Positions 22,128 to 35,030 of a stretch of 64,000 bases of DNA are shown here, in pieces. Source of the stretch: the human T2T-CHM13v2.0 reference genome, Homo sapiens. The notes beneath the pieces were generated by a model. The model had not been told where the DNA came from. It searched no databases and saw nothing but the letters and a program-made list of their open reading frames with translations. The number at the start of each line of letters is the position of its first letter. Position 1 is the first letter of the stretch. The translations under genes were made by a program, and so were the position numbers. The stretch lies in the NCBI RefSeq assembly GCF_009914755.1, contig NC_060934.1. One strand, 5' to 3'.

Positions 22128-25100
22128 GAAAATAATGTGTATTCTGCTGTTATTGGGTTGTTGGGTGAAGTGTTCTAAAAATGTCAATTGGATCTTATTG
22201 GCTGATGGTGTTGTTGAATTCTATATCCTGTTGATTTGCTGTCTAGTTGTTCTATCAATTATTAAAAGAGGAATGTTAATGTTTCCAACTATAATTGTGG
22301 ATTTATTTATTTTTTATTTCAGTTCTGTCAGTTTTTGCCTTATGTATTTTTCAGCTCTGTGGTCTGCACATACATATTTAGGACTGCTGTGTCTTTTTAG
22401 TGGATTGACCCTTTTATTACTATGTAATGTCCCTGTCTGTGTTTGGTCATTATCTTTGCTCTGAAATATACTGTATCTGATTATAACATAGCCTCTCCTG
22501 TTTTCTTTTGATTAATGCTTGCATGATATGTCTTTTTCTATCATTTACTTTTAACCTCTCTATATTGTTATATATAGGGAGTCAACTAGTCAACTAGTTA
22601 TGTATAGGGAGAGCAACACTGAAATATCACAGATGTTAGAATTTTCTGACAAAGATTTTAAAGCAGCCATTATAAAAATGTCTCAACAAATGATTACACA
22701 GTTGAAACAAATGAAAAAGAAAACAGTCTTAGCAAAGACATAAAAAGCTTCAGAGAAAAAATTAGAAAATATAAAGAAGAACCAAAAGGAAATTTCAGAA
22801 CATAAAAATACAGTAATCAAAATTTGAAATCTCAATGGATGTGCTCAAGAACAGAAGGAAAATGGGTATTTATTCATCTCTTTACTTTTCTGTTTCTTTT
22901 TCTTTCTTTCTGACATTCCAACATTTCTTCTTTTTATTATTTCCTCCCTGTTTAGAAAATAACTCCTAGCCATTCTTTTAGGATAGGTCCCCTGGCAACA
23001 AATTCTCTGTTTTACTTCACTTGAAAATATCTTGATTACCCCTCCATTCCTGAAGGACTTTTTTGACTGATATAGAATTTGGGGTTGACAGTTTTTTCTT
23101 TTAGTTATTTTCTGTCTTGAGAATGTGCCATTTCTTACCGGCCTCCATGATTTCTGATGGAAAATCCTTTGTCATTCAAATTGTTGTCCCCTATAGGTAA
23201 GGTATCATTTCTCTCTCATTGCTTTCAATAATTTTCCTTGTTTTTGGTTTTCAGAACACTGACTATGATGTATCTTGGTATGGAGATACTTGGCTTTATC
23301 CTATTTGGGATTTATTCATCTTCTTGAATTTAGAGGTTTACGTATTTTGCCAAATTAAGAAAATTTTCAGCAACTATTTCTTTAAATGCTTTTTCTGGCC
23401 CTGTTTTCCCCTCTGCTTCCAGGAGTCTGATGGCAAGAATGGTGAATGTTAGATCTTTTGTTATAGTCCTACAGTTCCCTGAGGATTTGCTCATTCTTCT
23501 TCTTCTTTTTTTTTAAGTCTATCTTCTGTATATTGTTTAGATTAGTTAATATCTATTTCTCTATCTCTTAATGCATTGATTCTTTCCTTTGTCTCCTATA
23601 TACTGTTCTCAAGCTCATCCATTGAGATTTCAAATTTTGGTTATTGTATTTTTATGTTCTAAAATTTCCTTTTGGTTCTTCTTTATATTTTCTATTTTTC
23701 CTCCTCTGAGGCTTTTTATTTCTTTGCTAAGACTGTTTTTCTTTTTTTATTTGTTTCAACTGTGTTTGTAATCATTTGTTGAGACATTTTTATGATGGCT
23801 GCTTTAAAATCTTTGTCAGAAAATTCTAACATCTGTGATATTTCAGTGTTAGTATCTCCTGATGGTCCTTTTCATTTAGTTGGAGAGCTTCATGGTTCTC
23901 AGCATGATGAGTGATTTTTCATCAAAACCTAGACATTTTGGGTGTTAGGACACTTTGGATATTGTTTAAACCTTTTATTTTAACTGGCTTTCTCTGATAC
24001 TGCTCCATCAGGGGAAGAGTGGCATCATTTGTTACTGCTAGGTGGAGGTAGAAGTCCAGGTTCCCCATCCAGCCTCCCTTGACCCATGAGGGGGAGAGCT
24101 TCTCATTACTCCTGGGTAGGAATGGCTGGTTGGCTTTCTACTATGCTTTCCCTGACACTTCCTTGGCTAGGATGAGTAGGAGTTCTTGTCACTATTCCTT
24201 ACATGGCCTTCACTGACCCCACAGGAAGGGGGTGGCCTCATTTTTACTGGGTGGTAGTGAAGGTCCTGACCCTCCATTAGACCTTATCTGACACCACCCT
24301 GGTGAGGAGGGGAAGGACTGCCTTATTGCTGCTGATTAGGAGTGGAAATTAGGCTCCACTGATACTATCAAGGGTATCAATGGTGGGGAGAGGCTCATTA
24401 CTGCCTGCTGGGAATGGAAGTCCCAGCTCCCTACTCAACCTTTTCTGATACCACCGTGGTGGAGGGACTGGGTGCCTGTTATAGCTGGGAAAGAATGGAG
24501 GTCCAGACTCATTGCCTGATCTTTGCTGGTGTGTGTGTGTGTGTGTGTGTGTGTGTTTCTGTGTGTGTACATGTGTGTTGGCCAGGGATGGGGGTAGGGG
24601 ACAGAGCCATAGTTTTTTCTGTGATGTCTGGCTAGAGTAGAGCAGTCATTATCTGAACATTTTCTGTCTTGCTAACCTGCCCTTTTCCTGATCTTTTAGC
24701 TGGAGAGAGCAGGTTTTTGTTTGACCGCTTTGTTTTTCTTGTCTATGCACGTTGGTGCAGCCAGGTTGCTTGCCTCTTCAGCAATAAGTCTAGGATATAC
24801 ATGAGGCAAAAATAACACCCAGAGAACTCACCGTCATTCGTTCCTTGGGCTCCAGGGTCTCTAGCTGGGTTGCCTTATTCTCTCCACCTTCAAGGGTCTC
24901 CTTATGTTTATTTTATATATAATGCCCAAGATTTTTAGTTGTATTAATACTTAAATTCCCACTTAGTGGGAAAGACAGAAAAAAGTGCTTCTATTTCATC
25001 TTCCCAGAGGCAGAAATGTTTCCTCCTCATTTATTTTCTGAAGAGTTTATGTAGGATTGGTATTATTGCTTCCTTAAATGTTCAGTAGAATTTTCCAGTG

Positions 25101-25186
25101 AATCCGTCTGAGCCTGTGGTTCTCTTTGTTGGAACGTTTTTTTTTACTGTGAATGTCTTTACTATATCTAGGATTACTTACCTATT

Positions 25187-25507
25187 TTTCTTTTTCCTTT
25201 TTCTTTCTTTCTTTTTTTTTTTTAGACAGAGTCTCACTCTGTCAGCCAGGCTGGAATGTGGTGGCATGATCTTGGCTCACTGCAACCTCTCTGCCTCCTG
25301 GGTTGGAGCAATTCTCCTGCCTCAGCCTCCCGAGTAGCTGGGATTACAGTTGTGTACAATGACACCTGGCTAATTTTTGTATTTTCAGTAGAGACGGGGT
25401 TTTTGCCATGCTGGCCAGGCTGGTCTTGAACTCCTGACCTCAGGTGATCCACCCATCTCAGCCTCCCAGAGTGCTGGGATTACAGGCATGAGCCACCGCA
25501 CCGGGCT
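25187..25507 (-). mobile_element. AluSx-like
   Basis: Full Alu with gacctcaggtgatcc. TSD-like ttacc(t/c)atttttc flanks. Confidence 0.93.
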
Positions 25508-25749
25508 GAGTTACCCATTTTTCATGTAAATGAAAGTTTGGCAGCTTGTGATTTTCAATAAATTTGTCTATTTTATCTAAGTTTTCAAATTTATAGGCAT
25601 AGTTTTTTTTTTTTTAACATTCTCTTATTTTTAATGTCTTAGGGTCTACAGGGATATGCTTTTTTTTTCATTCGTATTATTGTGTCTTCTCTCTTTTTTT
25701 CTTATTAAGCCAGATCTTGAGGAGGACAAGCATTATCTTGTGAGGTGTC

Positions 25750-26760
25750 TACCTCAGCTGAGGACTTCGAATAGTATCCATTCAAGGGGCTGGATCTTGT
25801 AGGTGGGAAGATTTTCTTGAATAAGGGAGAGGGGGATGTCTCAGCCAGGCCAGAGGCTTCAAGTGAATCTGAGGGTTCATTGTTCTCATACCCATTCTCC
25901 TACGTGTGTCATCCTAGATCTTAGGGTCCATTTATTCCCTATCACGGTTCAGCATAAGAAACTAGTTAAAAATGCATCCATATCCTTTTCAGTTTTACCA
26001 CTCTTACAATTAAACCCTGTGCCTAATTTTCAGCACTCTCCCCTATGGCTACAGGGATGAGAGTCTCTTTAAATGCTTCTAGGGCGGGCTTCCGGCTTTC
26101 ATGGAATGCTGAGTTGGTAGTTGACTGAGCCTGTTGTTTTCTTTCTGTAATATTTCTAGGATAATATTTTAAAAAATCATTCAATTCCATTATCCTTATT
26201 ATTACCATTGCCACCACAATATTCGAGTTCTAGAGTACCGCATGAGCCAATATTTTCCCTTCTGTTTGTTATCCCAATACACTGCTGGCAAGAGCCTTAA
26301 CATTTGTGAGCTGTAACATAGTACAAAGGGTTTTAACGCCCACCCTTACACCATTAATGCAGTCATTTTGCTGTGTGAACCAGTAAATAATCCAATTTCA
26401 GAATCCTATCCTGACGGTGCACTTTGGTACCAATGGAATTAGTTTGGGTTCTCCCAAAGGCAGTGCCTGAAATAAGGACTAGTGTGCAAATTGTTTACGT
26501 GGCAGAACATTCCAGAAGGCAGAAGTAAAGGACAAAGAAGAATGATACCAGCAAGGGAGAAAAGCCAATAGATGTGTTATTGAGCTGGTTACCATAGTGA
26601 GTAATTGAGGATCTACCTACTAGGGACTCTCTTTGGAAGGATACAACTAAAATTTTTCCCAAAAGGATGTGAGGCTGGGACATTTATTTCCCAATTCTTT
26701 CTCCATTTGTGTCCTCTCTGGTGGAGAGTTGCCTTCAGGGCATTAGCTACCTAGGGGGAT
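25750..26760 (-). mobile_element. Degenerate ERVL/MaLR-type LTR (about 26433-26760) with adjacent internal sequence
   Basis: LTR-end motif ttagtttgggttctcccaaaggcagtgcctgaaataaggact next to PBS-like ttggtacca. Boundaries are uncertain. Confidence 0.45.
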
Positions 26761-27078
26761 ACAGCATGGATCATAAAAAACATCTGCTGGACCTCCATGC
26801 TGCAAGTGTGGAACCTGGATGCAATGACAGGCATGGCCATAGTCCTTCAGCTACAGTATAGTTTGAGCTTGTGTTATGACCCCAACAATTGTGCCTTGGT
26901 TTATTCTAACCTGACTCTAACTCTGCTGGTCTCTTAGTCAACCAGGCTTCTCCAGTGCTGGCTCTCTCCTATGAGTTGCAGCCTGCTTTTCTGGGGTTTT
27001 GATGTCCTGCCTGGCTCTGATGAGGGTTCGGGGGAGAGTTGGGGTAGGCAGAGGCTGATTCTATTCCCAGATACCTGC

Positions 27079-27506
27079 TGTATCAGAGGGCTGAATAGTG
27101 GCCCAAATAAGATATGTCTAAGTCCTAACTCCTAGAATCTGTGAAGATGACCTTATTTGGTAAAGGGTCTTTGCAGATACAATTAAGGAACTTGAAATTA
27201 GTTCATTCTGGTTTTAAGGTGGACCCTAATCCAATGACAGGTATCTTTATAAGAGAAAGGAGAGAGAGATTTGAGACACATGGACAGAGATTGGAATGAT
27301 GCTGCCACAAGACAAAGAGATTCTAAGGCCACCAGAAGCTGGAAGAAGCTAGGAAGGGCTTTCCCCCTAGAGCCTTCAGAGGGAGCTTGGCTCTGCTGAC
27401 ACCTTGATTTTGGACCTCTGGCCTCCATACTCTGAGAGAATAGATTTCTGTTTTAAGCCACACAGAGTGTAATAATTTGTTATTGTGGTTCTAGGAAACT
27501 AATACA
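27079..27506 (+). mobile_element. MLT1C-like MaLR solo LTR
   Basis: TG...CA ends; gaatagtggcccaaataagatatgtc...gaccttatttgg...gctgacaccttgattttggac...aactaataca. Confidence 0.85.
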
Positions 27507-29072
27507 TAAGCCACAGGCTGAAACTTTTGCTGTGAGAGGGCCAAGTACCCCAAAGCTGGAGCAGCTGACCCGTTGCTGTGTTACTTCTTTTGGCTGGGAA
27601 ATGGCCACTCCTGTGGTCAGCCATCTGCTGACCTCATGGATCCCAGCCCACTACGGCTGGAACTTGGCCATATCTGAGGTCTGTAAATCCACTCAATATT
27701 GTCCTGACCTGTGTGATGCCTCCACTAAAGTAGCTTAGTTGCCTGGGCCCTGCCTGGCCAGAGACATGGGATGCAGCCTCACTACCAATCACCCCTCAGA
27801 TCTCTCCTAGCAGGACCTTGTGGGTGATATGGATCAGAGCTTGTGTTGCTTAGAAAGGATAGACATTGACTTTGATTAATTTAAACAAAAAAGGAAGTTA
27901 TCAGAGGGATATACGAAAAGCTAAACAATCCAGTCTGGTAAAGGCAGACCAATGGCCCAGGAGACCTGGTTATTAGCTGGAATGAAAGACTAGTTGAGCC
28001 AGGTTGCTGCCAGTAAAATGGCCTGACTGGGCCAGATGAGGTTCTGTGCCAGGCCTCTGGGGGAACAGGGATGCAGGTGGTAAGGGGACACTTTGAGAGT
28101 CAGCCAAGTCCCAGAATGGGTGGGGGGTTCCTCAAAGGGAAAGTGAAGTGTGGTACCAATAAAAGGAAAAAGGACCCTGGGTAGAAAAAAACACCAGCTT
28201 GCAGGCCAGGGACCAGAGCCTGTTTTACTGCCCCTCTTCTTGGCCTGATTCCTCCCTTGCAATCGCTACTGCTTTCCACTCGGTTCCTCAGAACGACTAG
28301 GGAGAAGCCAGATTGTTTTCTTTTCTAACATTAGAGGATCCCTCGAGTCAGCAGTGAAAGATAATTAGACTGTGATCGTTCTATTTAAGCACTTCACTTA
28401 ATCAATTACAATCGCCTATGCTGTCTCCTAGTATCGATTATAGATTCCTTCGTTCTGGAAATCATACAGCTCCCTCCTGGGATGCTACCGCTGGCACCAT
28501 GGCTCTCGTGGACGCATGAACACCCCGTGCTGAAGCAGACCTTTCTATGCGGCTGCTCGAGATCCTTTTTCATCTTAATTGTTTCTGAAGACAGGACAGA
28601 ATACCAGCTCCTTCCATGCCTAACCTGAATCCAAGTGGGAAGGAGCAGCCCAGTTAATGGGGCATACAGTGGCTCCCAGGTGGGCAGGATGAGGTTGGTG
28701 GCTCCAGACGCCCTCTCAGAGGAGACACAGGACACGGACTACGGATTGGCTGTGACCCTCTGTAAGGACGATAACTGGGGAAAGGTGACCCTGGACAAAC
28801 ACCAAGCCACCTCACCCACCATAGTCATCATGGCAGGAAACAATGGCTCAGGCCAGAACAGAGTGCAAGTCAGCAGGAAGGTCCCAGAGCTGCCTCAGGT
28901 CCAAGCAGCGTGGAAAGGAGAGGAAGGGCTGGAGGTGGAAGACAAAGTTGCGGTGGTTTTCAACCTGGCTGCACATTTAAAAAGACCCATGCTCAGTGGG
29001 TTAGGAAGAGCAAGCTAGCTGCACAAACTGGAGACACCTGAGTAGGGAGAATAACTGGGAAATTATCCCAGG

Positions 29073-29114
29073 TCTATTAGCCAGGGTTCTCCCGAGAGAC
29101 AAATCCAGTAGGAG

Positions 29115-29165
<51 letters not shown>

Positions 29166-29695
29166 CACACATACAAACACACACGCACACACATACTCAT
29201 ATATAGAGGGGATTTCTTAGTGGAACTGGCTCACGCAGTTTGGAGGCTGAGAAGTGCCACAGCAGACTATCTGCAAGCTGGAGACCCTGGGATGCTGTAG
29301 TGTGGCTCAGTCTCAGAGCCAAGGAAGCTGATGGTGTAATTCTCAGTCTGAGGCTGATGACCTAAGAAGCTTGGGGGCTGCTGGCATAAGTTCTGAGTCC
29401 CAAGGCCTGACAGCCTGAATTTCTGATGTCCAAGGACAGGAGAAGAAAAGTGTCCCAGGTCTAGGAGAAAGAGAGGCGATCACCTTTCCTCTGCCCTTTT
29501 TCGTTTTATTCAGGCCCCCAGCTGATTAGATGGTGCCCACTTACACTGAGGGCAGACCTTCCCCACCCAGTCCACCCACTCCCATGCCAGTCTCCCCTCC
29601 AAGCAACCTCACAGACACACTGGGAAGTGATGCCTTACCAGCTCTCTATAGAGTCCTTCATTCAGTCAAGCTGACGCTTAAAATTAACCATCACG
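29073..29695 (-). mobile_element. MLT2-family ERVL solo LTR containing a (CT)n(CA)n microsatellite
   Basis: tattagccagggttctcc...cagtcaagctgacgcttaaaattaaccatcac. 5-bp TSD ccagg at 29068-29072 and 29696-29700. Confidence 0.88.
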
Positions 29696-30059
29696 CCAGG
29701 TATGAAGCGATAAGGACCCTCCACTGAGGTGTAGGCAAGTTCGTAGAGGTGGTCATGTTTGAGCGAATGGCCTGGTAATGGTTTAAAGGCTTTTATTGAA
29801 GTATGGGTGGTGAACAGAGCTGCCTGCCCTCCCGTGATCAATCCCAGTGCTGTCTGCCTCCTCTCAGCACCTAGTCCTATGCCTGGGCCTGGGAAGTGCT
29901 TGATAAATTCTGAATGAACCCAAGGACCTGGGCAAAGAAACATGGTTCATTACCAGGAAAAAAGGAAATTTAGACTTACCTCAGTAAAGGAGTGATCAAA
30001 TAACCCATGGTATAACCCTGGTATGGAACATGGAGCAACAGAGAAAAAGGATGAGAAAA

Positions 30060-30595
30060 GCAATCCCATTATTGGGTGTATACCCAAAGGAATATAAATT
30101 GTTCTGCTATAAAGACACATGCACGTGTATGTTCACCAAAGCACTACTCACAATAGCAAAGTCACAGAATCAACCTAAATGCCCATAAGTGGTAGACTGG
30201 ATAAAGAAAATGTGGTACATATATGGAATCTACATGGCCGTGAAAAAGAACGAGATCATGTCCTTTGCATCAACATGGATGGAGCTGGAAGACATTATCC
30301 TAAGTGAACTATCACTGGAACAGAAAACTAAATACTGCATGTTCTCACTTATAAGTGGGAGCTAAACATCAAGTGCCTATGGACACAAAGAAGGGAACGA
30401 CAAACACTGGGGCCAACTTGAGGGTGGAAGGAGGAGGGTGAGGATTGAAAAACTACCTGTGGGTTCTATGCTTATTACCTGAGTAGCCAAGTAATCTGTA
30501 CACCAAACCCCCATGACATGCAATTTACCTATATAACAAACAGGCACATGTACTCTTGAACCTAAAATAAAAGTTAAAAATAAAAAATAAATAGA
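30060..30595 (+). mobile_element. L1PA15/16-like 3' end, inserted in an older L1 fragment
   Basis: gcaatcccatt...atacccaaaggaatataa...catgttctcacttataagtgggagctaa...gaacctaaaataaaagtt followed by an A-rich tail. Confidence 0.88.
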
Positions 30596-30712
30596 AAAAA
30601 GTATAAGAAAGACATGGAATGGTTTCCAGACATAAAGTGAAAAAAGCAAGTTCCTCACCAATGTGAGTAGAAGGATGCCATTTGTGTAAAGAAGGAGAAG
30701 CTCAAATTATGA

Positions 30713-31072
<360 letters not shown>

Positions 31073-31227
31073 TGACAGGGGTTTCCTCCAAGGAAGGAAG
31101 TGAGATGGGAAAGGAGGACATTCACTTTGTGTGTTTAAGTTTTGCTGTGTGTTCTGCTTTTCTTTTAAAACAACTAATATGCATTCCTTTATTACCTGTA
31201 TAATTAAGACTTTTAAAAATTAGAAAT

Positions 31228-31776
31228 ATAGTCAGCTTTCTGTGTCTGCGGGTTCTGTATCCTCAGATTCAAACAAGGGCAGATCAAAAATATTTGGGAA
31301 AAAATGATAAAAAATAATACAATAAGAAATAATATATATAAAAATACAGTATGACAACTATTTACATAGCATTTACTTTGCATTAGGAATTATAAGTAAT
31401 TTAGAGATGATTTAAAATAAGCTTGTCCCACCCGCGGCCCACAGGCTTCATGTGGCCCAGGACAGCTTTGAATGTGGCCCAACATAAATTCATACGCTTT
31501 CTTAAAACATTATGAGAATCTTTTGCAGATTTTTTTTCTTTCAGCTCATCAGCTATCATTAGTGTTAGTGTATTTTATGTGTGGCCCAAGGCAATTCTTC
31601 CAATGTGGCCCAGAGAAACCAAAAGATTGGACACCCATGATTTAAAGTAAATGGGAGGATGTGCATAGGTTATATGAAAATACTACACTATTTTACATTA
31701 AGGGCTTGAGCACCTGTGGATTTTGGTATCCATGGGGGGCCGAGAACCAGTCTGCACATACGAGGAATGCCTGCAT
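31228..31776 (-). mobile_element. MER2 (TcMar-Tigger) DNA transposon, interrupted by MER30
   Basis: caactatttacatagcatttac...ttataagtaatttagagatgatttaaa, resuming gggaggatgtgcataggttatatg after the insert. Confidence 0.8.
31418..31639 (-). mobile_element. MER30 (hAT-Charlie) nested in MER2
   Basis: aagcttgtcc...ttggacaccc termini. 8-bp TSD atttaaaa / atttaaag. Confidence 0.88.
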
Positions 31777-33469
31777 AGTTATGAAATGGGTTTGAGGAGG
31801 CCACGATACTCAATTTTGTTGTGTAGTTGAGGAACAGTGGTGGCTGACTATGCATGACCAGGAGGGGGCTGAGATGAGAATACCTCCCATTGCAGGGAGT
31901 CTCAAGCCCCAGTGTGCACCAGAATGAGCATCAAGGGGTCGCTTAAATGCAGAATTCTCAGCCGTACTGACGCAGGATGTCAGAGTGAGGGATCTGCATT
32001 TCAGCCAGCTTTCCGGGATCCTGACAACGGTGGGTCCTCGGAGCACTCCTGTGAATCCACAAAACTGCCTCCCTCCCTGGGCTTAGCAGCCAGACAGCAG
32101 GCCACCAGCCCTGCTGGCTACCTGGGCAGGGCGACTTCCCCTTCAGCTGCATCTAAGCTGAGGCAGGAGAAGCTGGTGTGTGCTCTGTGGGGCAGCCCCG
32201 CCTTCAGAACGTGTGGTTCAGCGGGGTGAACACCATCCTTTTTCACCGCTCCATGCCGTGAGCTGGTGGCACTGCTCCCCTCGGGATCTTCATTTATTGA
32301 GGGACAAAGGTAACAACTTAAGCTTCCCTGGGCCATTCTTAAAAGACACCCAACCTGCCCAAATGATCCATTCCAAATTCATTTGGAATTCTAAGCAAGT
32401 AGGGCAAACTGGTGTTAATTAAATGTTTAATTCATGTCCATTAAGGCTAGAATATTGGTTTTCATTCAAATTTATGGCCTGGTTGTATTTTTTATAGCTG
32501 CCCATATATTGCATATAGGTCATTGGTTCCCTTCCCTCAGTGAAGTGTTCAGTGTATTTACGCCCATTTTATAGGACCTGGAGCATAACTTGAGTATTTT
32601 CAGTGGTTATAGAGACACACAGTATTCACTTTATGACATTGTTGGTCACATCAGTGATAAATTTGCTGTCGAGTTACCACTGATCAGGCTAGTAATCACC
32701 AATTACAACCCTGTGGCTATGGGAAAATATGGGCTGCTTTACAGCAATCTATTTTATTATTCGATTTTCAGGAACCTGTTGAGGTTCAAATGTGAGTCCA
32801 TTTGCACATTTACAAGGTAGGGGGCAGGGGTTGAAGGGCCCTTTACCTCACATGGCCAAGGCAAAGTCTAGAAGCAGACTTCTGCAGTTTCATACATGAG
32901 TTTTCAGAGTCCCTCAAAGAGTTACAGAGAGTTACAGAGGGGTCTCCCTCCAGAGTCCCTCTCATGAGTTACAGAGAGTCCCTGTAGAACAGAGTGACTG
33001 ACTGATCTGTGCAGGTGGGAGAGGAACACAGAGCCTCCCTTCCTCTGTCGTTCAGGCCTTTCGGAAGCCCTGGCCCCGGACCTTTCACCTTTCAGGAGTG
33101 ATTCTTCTATCAGTGATGGGGAGCTCTAGAACCCGGTCTCCAACAATCAGCAAAACAGATGCAGAGGTCAGTTTGGGTTCAGTGGCGAAAATGGGGCCCG
33201 AACTGACCCTTCTTTCCTGGTAGCCCTTGTTTCCAGAAAACTGATGTGGCATAGCTTTCAATTTCCAGAATGCATGAAGTAGGCCCCCCTCTGTTACGTG
33301 TAACATAAGAGCTGGGAGAGATCTTAGAGATCTGAGAGCCAATGTTCTTCTTTGATGATTTTTTCAAAAGAGAAAAAAAATTTTTTAAAAAAGAGAAAAA
33401 AAAATAACCCAACAACATACAAACATAACTAATTTTTCCTGCAAACATACCGTGTACCAGACCTACAGT

Positions 33470-33665
33470 AAAGGCTGTGCAGGCATTGCCTCATTTAGTC
33501 CTCAGAATAGGCTGCTGACGGAGGCATTCTTATTACCCCCATTTACAAATGGGAGATGTGAGGTCCAGTGAGGTTGAGTAATTGATCCGTCGTTACCCCA
33601 GCGAGAAGGTGGCTCAGCTTTAAACCAGGTCTTCCTGATTCACAGCCCAAGCTCTCAACCTTATG
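33470..33665 (-). mobile_element. MIR
   Basis: attacccccatttacaaatgggagatgtgaggtccagtgaggttgagtaatt. Confidence 0.65.
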
Positions 33666-34425
33666 CTCTGGAGAATTCGTTGTTTAGTTGCGGAGTGGAA
33701 GTTGGGATCCTGAAGATCCCAGGGAGACGAGGAGGGGCAGAAGGCATAGAAATGGTCCGGAGAGAAAGTTCAGAGACACAACCACAAACGTATTCAGCCA
33801 CTTTCTCCAGAATGGAACTGTATCCTCTGCATCAGATCTGTTCCTGGCCCCACACATCTGAGAACAGTTCCCACACTACTGGAAACTTCTCTGTTGTTAA
33901 GCAAAGCATTTTTGGATTTTTGCATGTTTACAAAGTATCTTTGCCTCAATATTTCTGGAGGAGTTCTTGCTTCCACATGGCATGGAAGCAGGCTGTGTGC
34001 ATCCTAAACCTTTATTTAGAGCTTCTTCTGATGTTCACCACAAAGCCTGGATCACGTAACAATTGAAACACCACAAATTGTGACCTTATCAAACCTGCAA
34101 GAGTTGATCCCAGTAAACACTTGAGGTTTGGAGCAGCACAGTAACCTGCCCTCAGGCACACAGCAGAGCCCTAAGACCCAGTTCTCCAGGGACCTGCCCT
34201 ATCTCTTCTCCCAAAGTTCACATCCCACTGTGTCCACCTGGAGCTTCAACTTGAGGTGCTTTCAGCCTTAAGAACACCTGGTATTTTGGGAAAGCCACAA
34301 ATGGCTCACAATCACTCTGTATTTCATTTCTGGACTTAGCTTTTATTTCAGTTCCTTATGTCCCTACCCTTCACCTTGGCGGGAAGATGACTTTGTTTTC
34401 AAATAAAAGTAAAAAAGAAAGGATA

Positions 34426-35030
34426 TCCATTGCTGATGAGAATGCAAAATTGTAAAACCACTCTGGAAAAGAATTTGGCAATTTCTTATGAAGCTAAACA
34501 CACACTTACCATAGGATACAGCTCACGCCTAGGTATTTGCCCTGAAGAAATAAAAAACTTTTGTTCACAAAAAAACCTGTACATGAATGTTTATAGCAGC
34601 TCTATTCACAAAGGCCAAAAACAAAAACAAAAACCCACCTTGAAACAGTACACATGTCTTTCATCAGGGGAATAGATGAACCACGGCGCACCCATGCAGT
34701 GGAATGCCACTTAGCAACACAAGGAACAAACTACTGATACAGGCAATGACATGGTGCATCTCAAAGGCATCACGGAATAGAAGAAGCGTGTCTCAAAGGC
34801 TACGGACTCGATGATTCCTTTATAAAGCATCCTGGAAAAGACAAAACCATGGTGATGGAGGACAGATCAGTCGTTACCAAGGTTATGGGTTGGGGAAGAG
34901 TGTGACGAGAAAAGGCAGCATGAGGTGTTGGGGTGACGGAACTGCCTGTACTCCTGAACTGTGCTGGTGGGTATGTGAATCTATCCATGTGTTAAAACTC
35001 ATGGAACTCTACACCAAAATGAAAGTAAAA
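34426..35030 (+). mobile_element. Old L1 (L1ME/L1MC-like) 3' fragment
   Basis: cattgctgatgagaatgcaaaattgtaaaaccactctggaaa...tgtttatagcagctctattcac...aaaactcatggaactctacacc. Confidence 0.8.

Larger units (their letters stand above)
19330..25710 (-). mobile_element. Old mammalian L1 (L1M-type) composite block, antisense, hosting nested Alus, an L1PB-type insert and an inverted duplication
   Basis: T-rich antisense L1 ORF2/ORF1-like sequence, e.g. ctattctgttccattgg, tctcaatcttaagggaaaagctttcagt, tgtggtcagataacacact. Probably two L1 elements, one inserted into the other. Confidence 0.8.
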
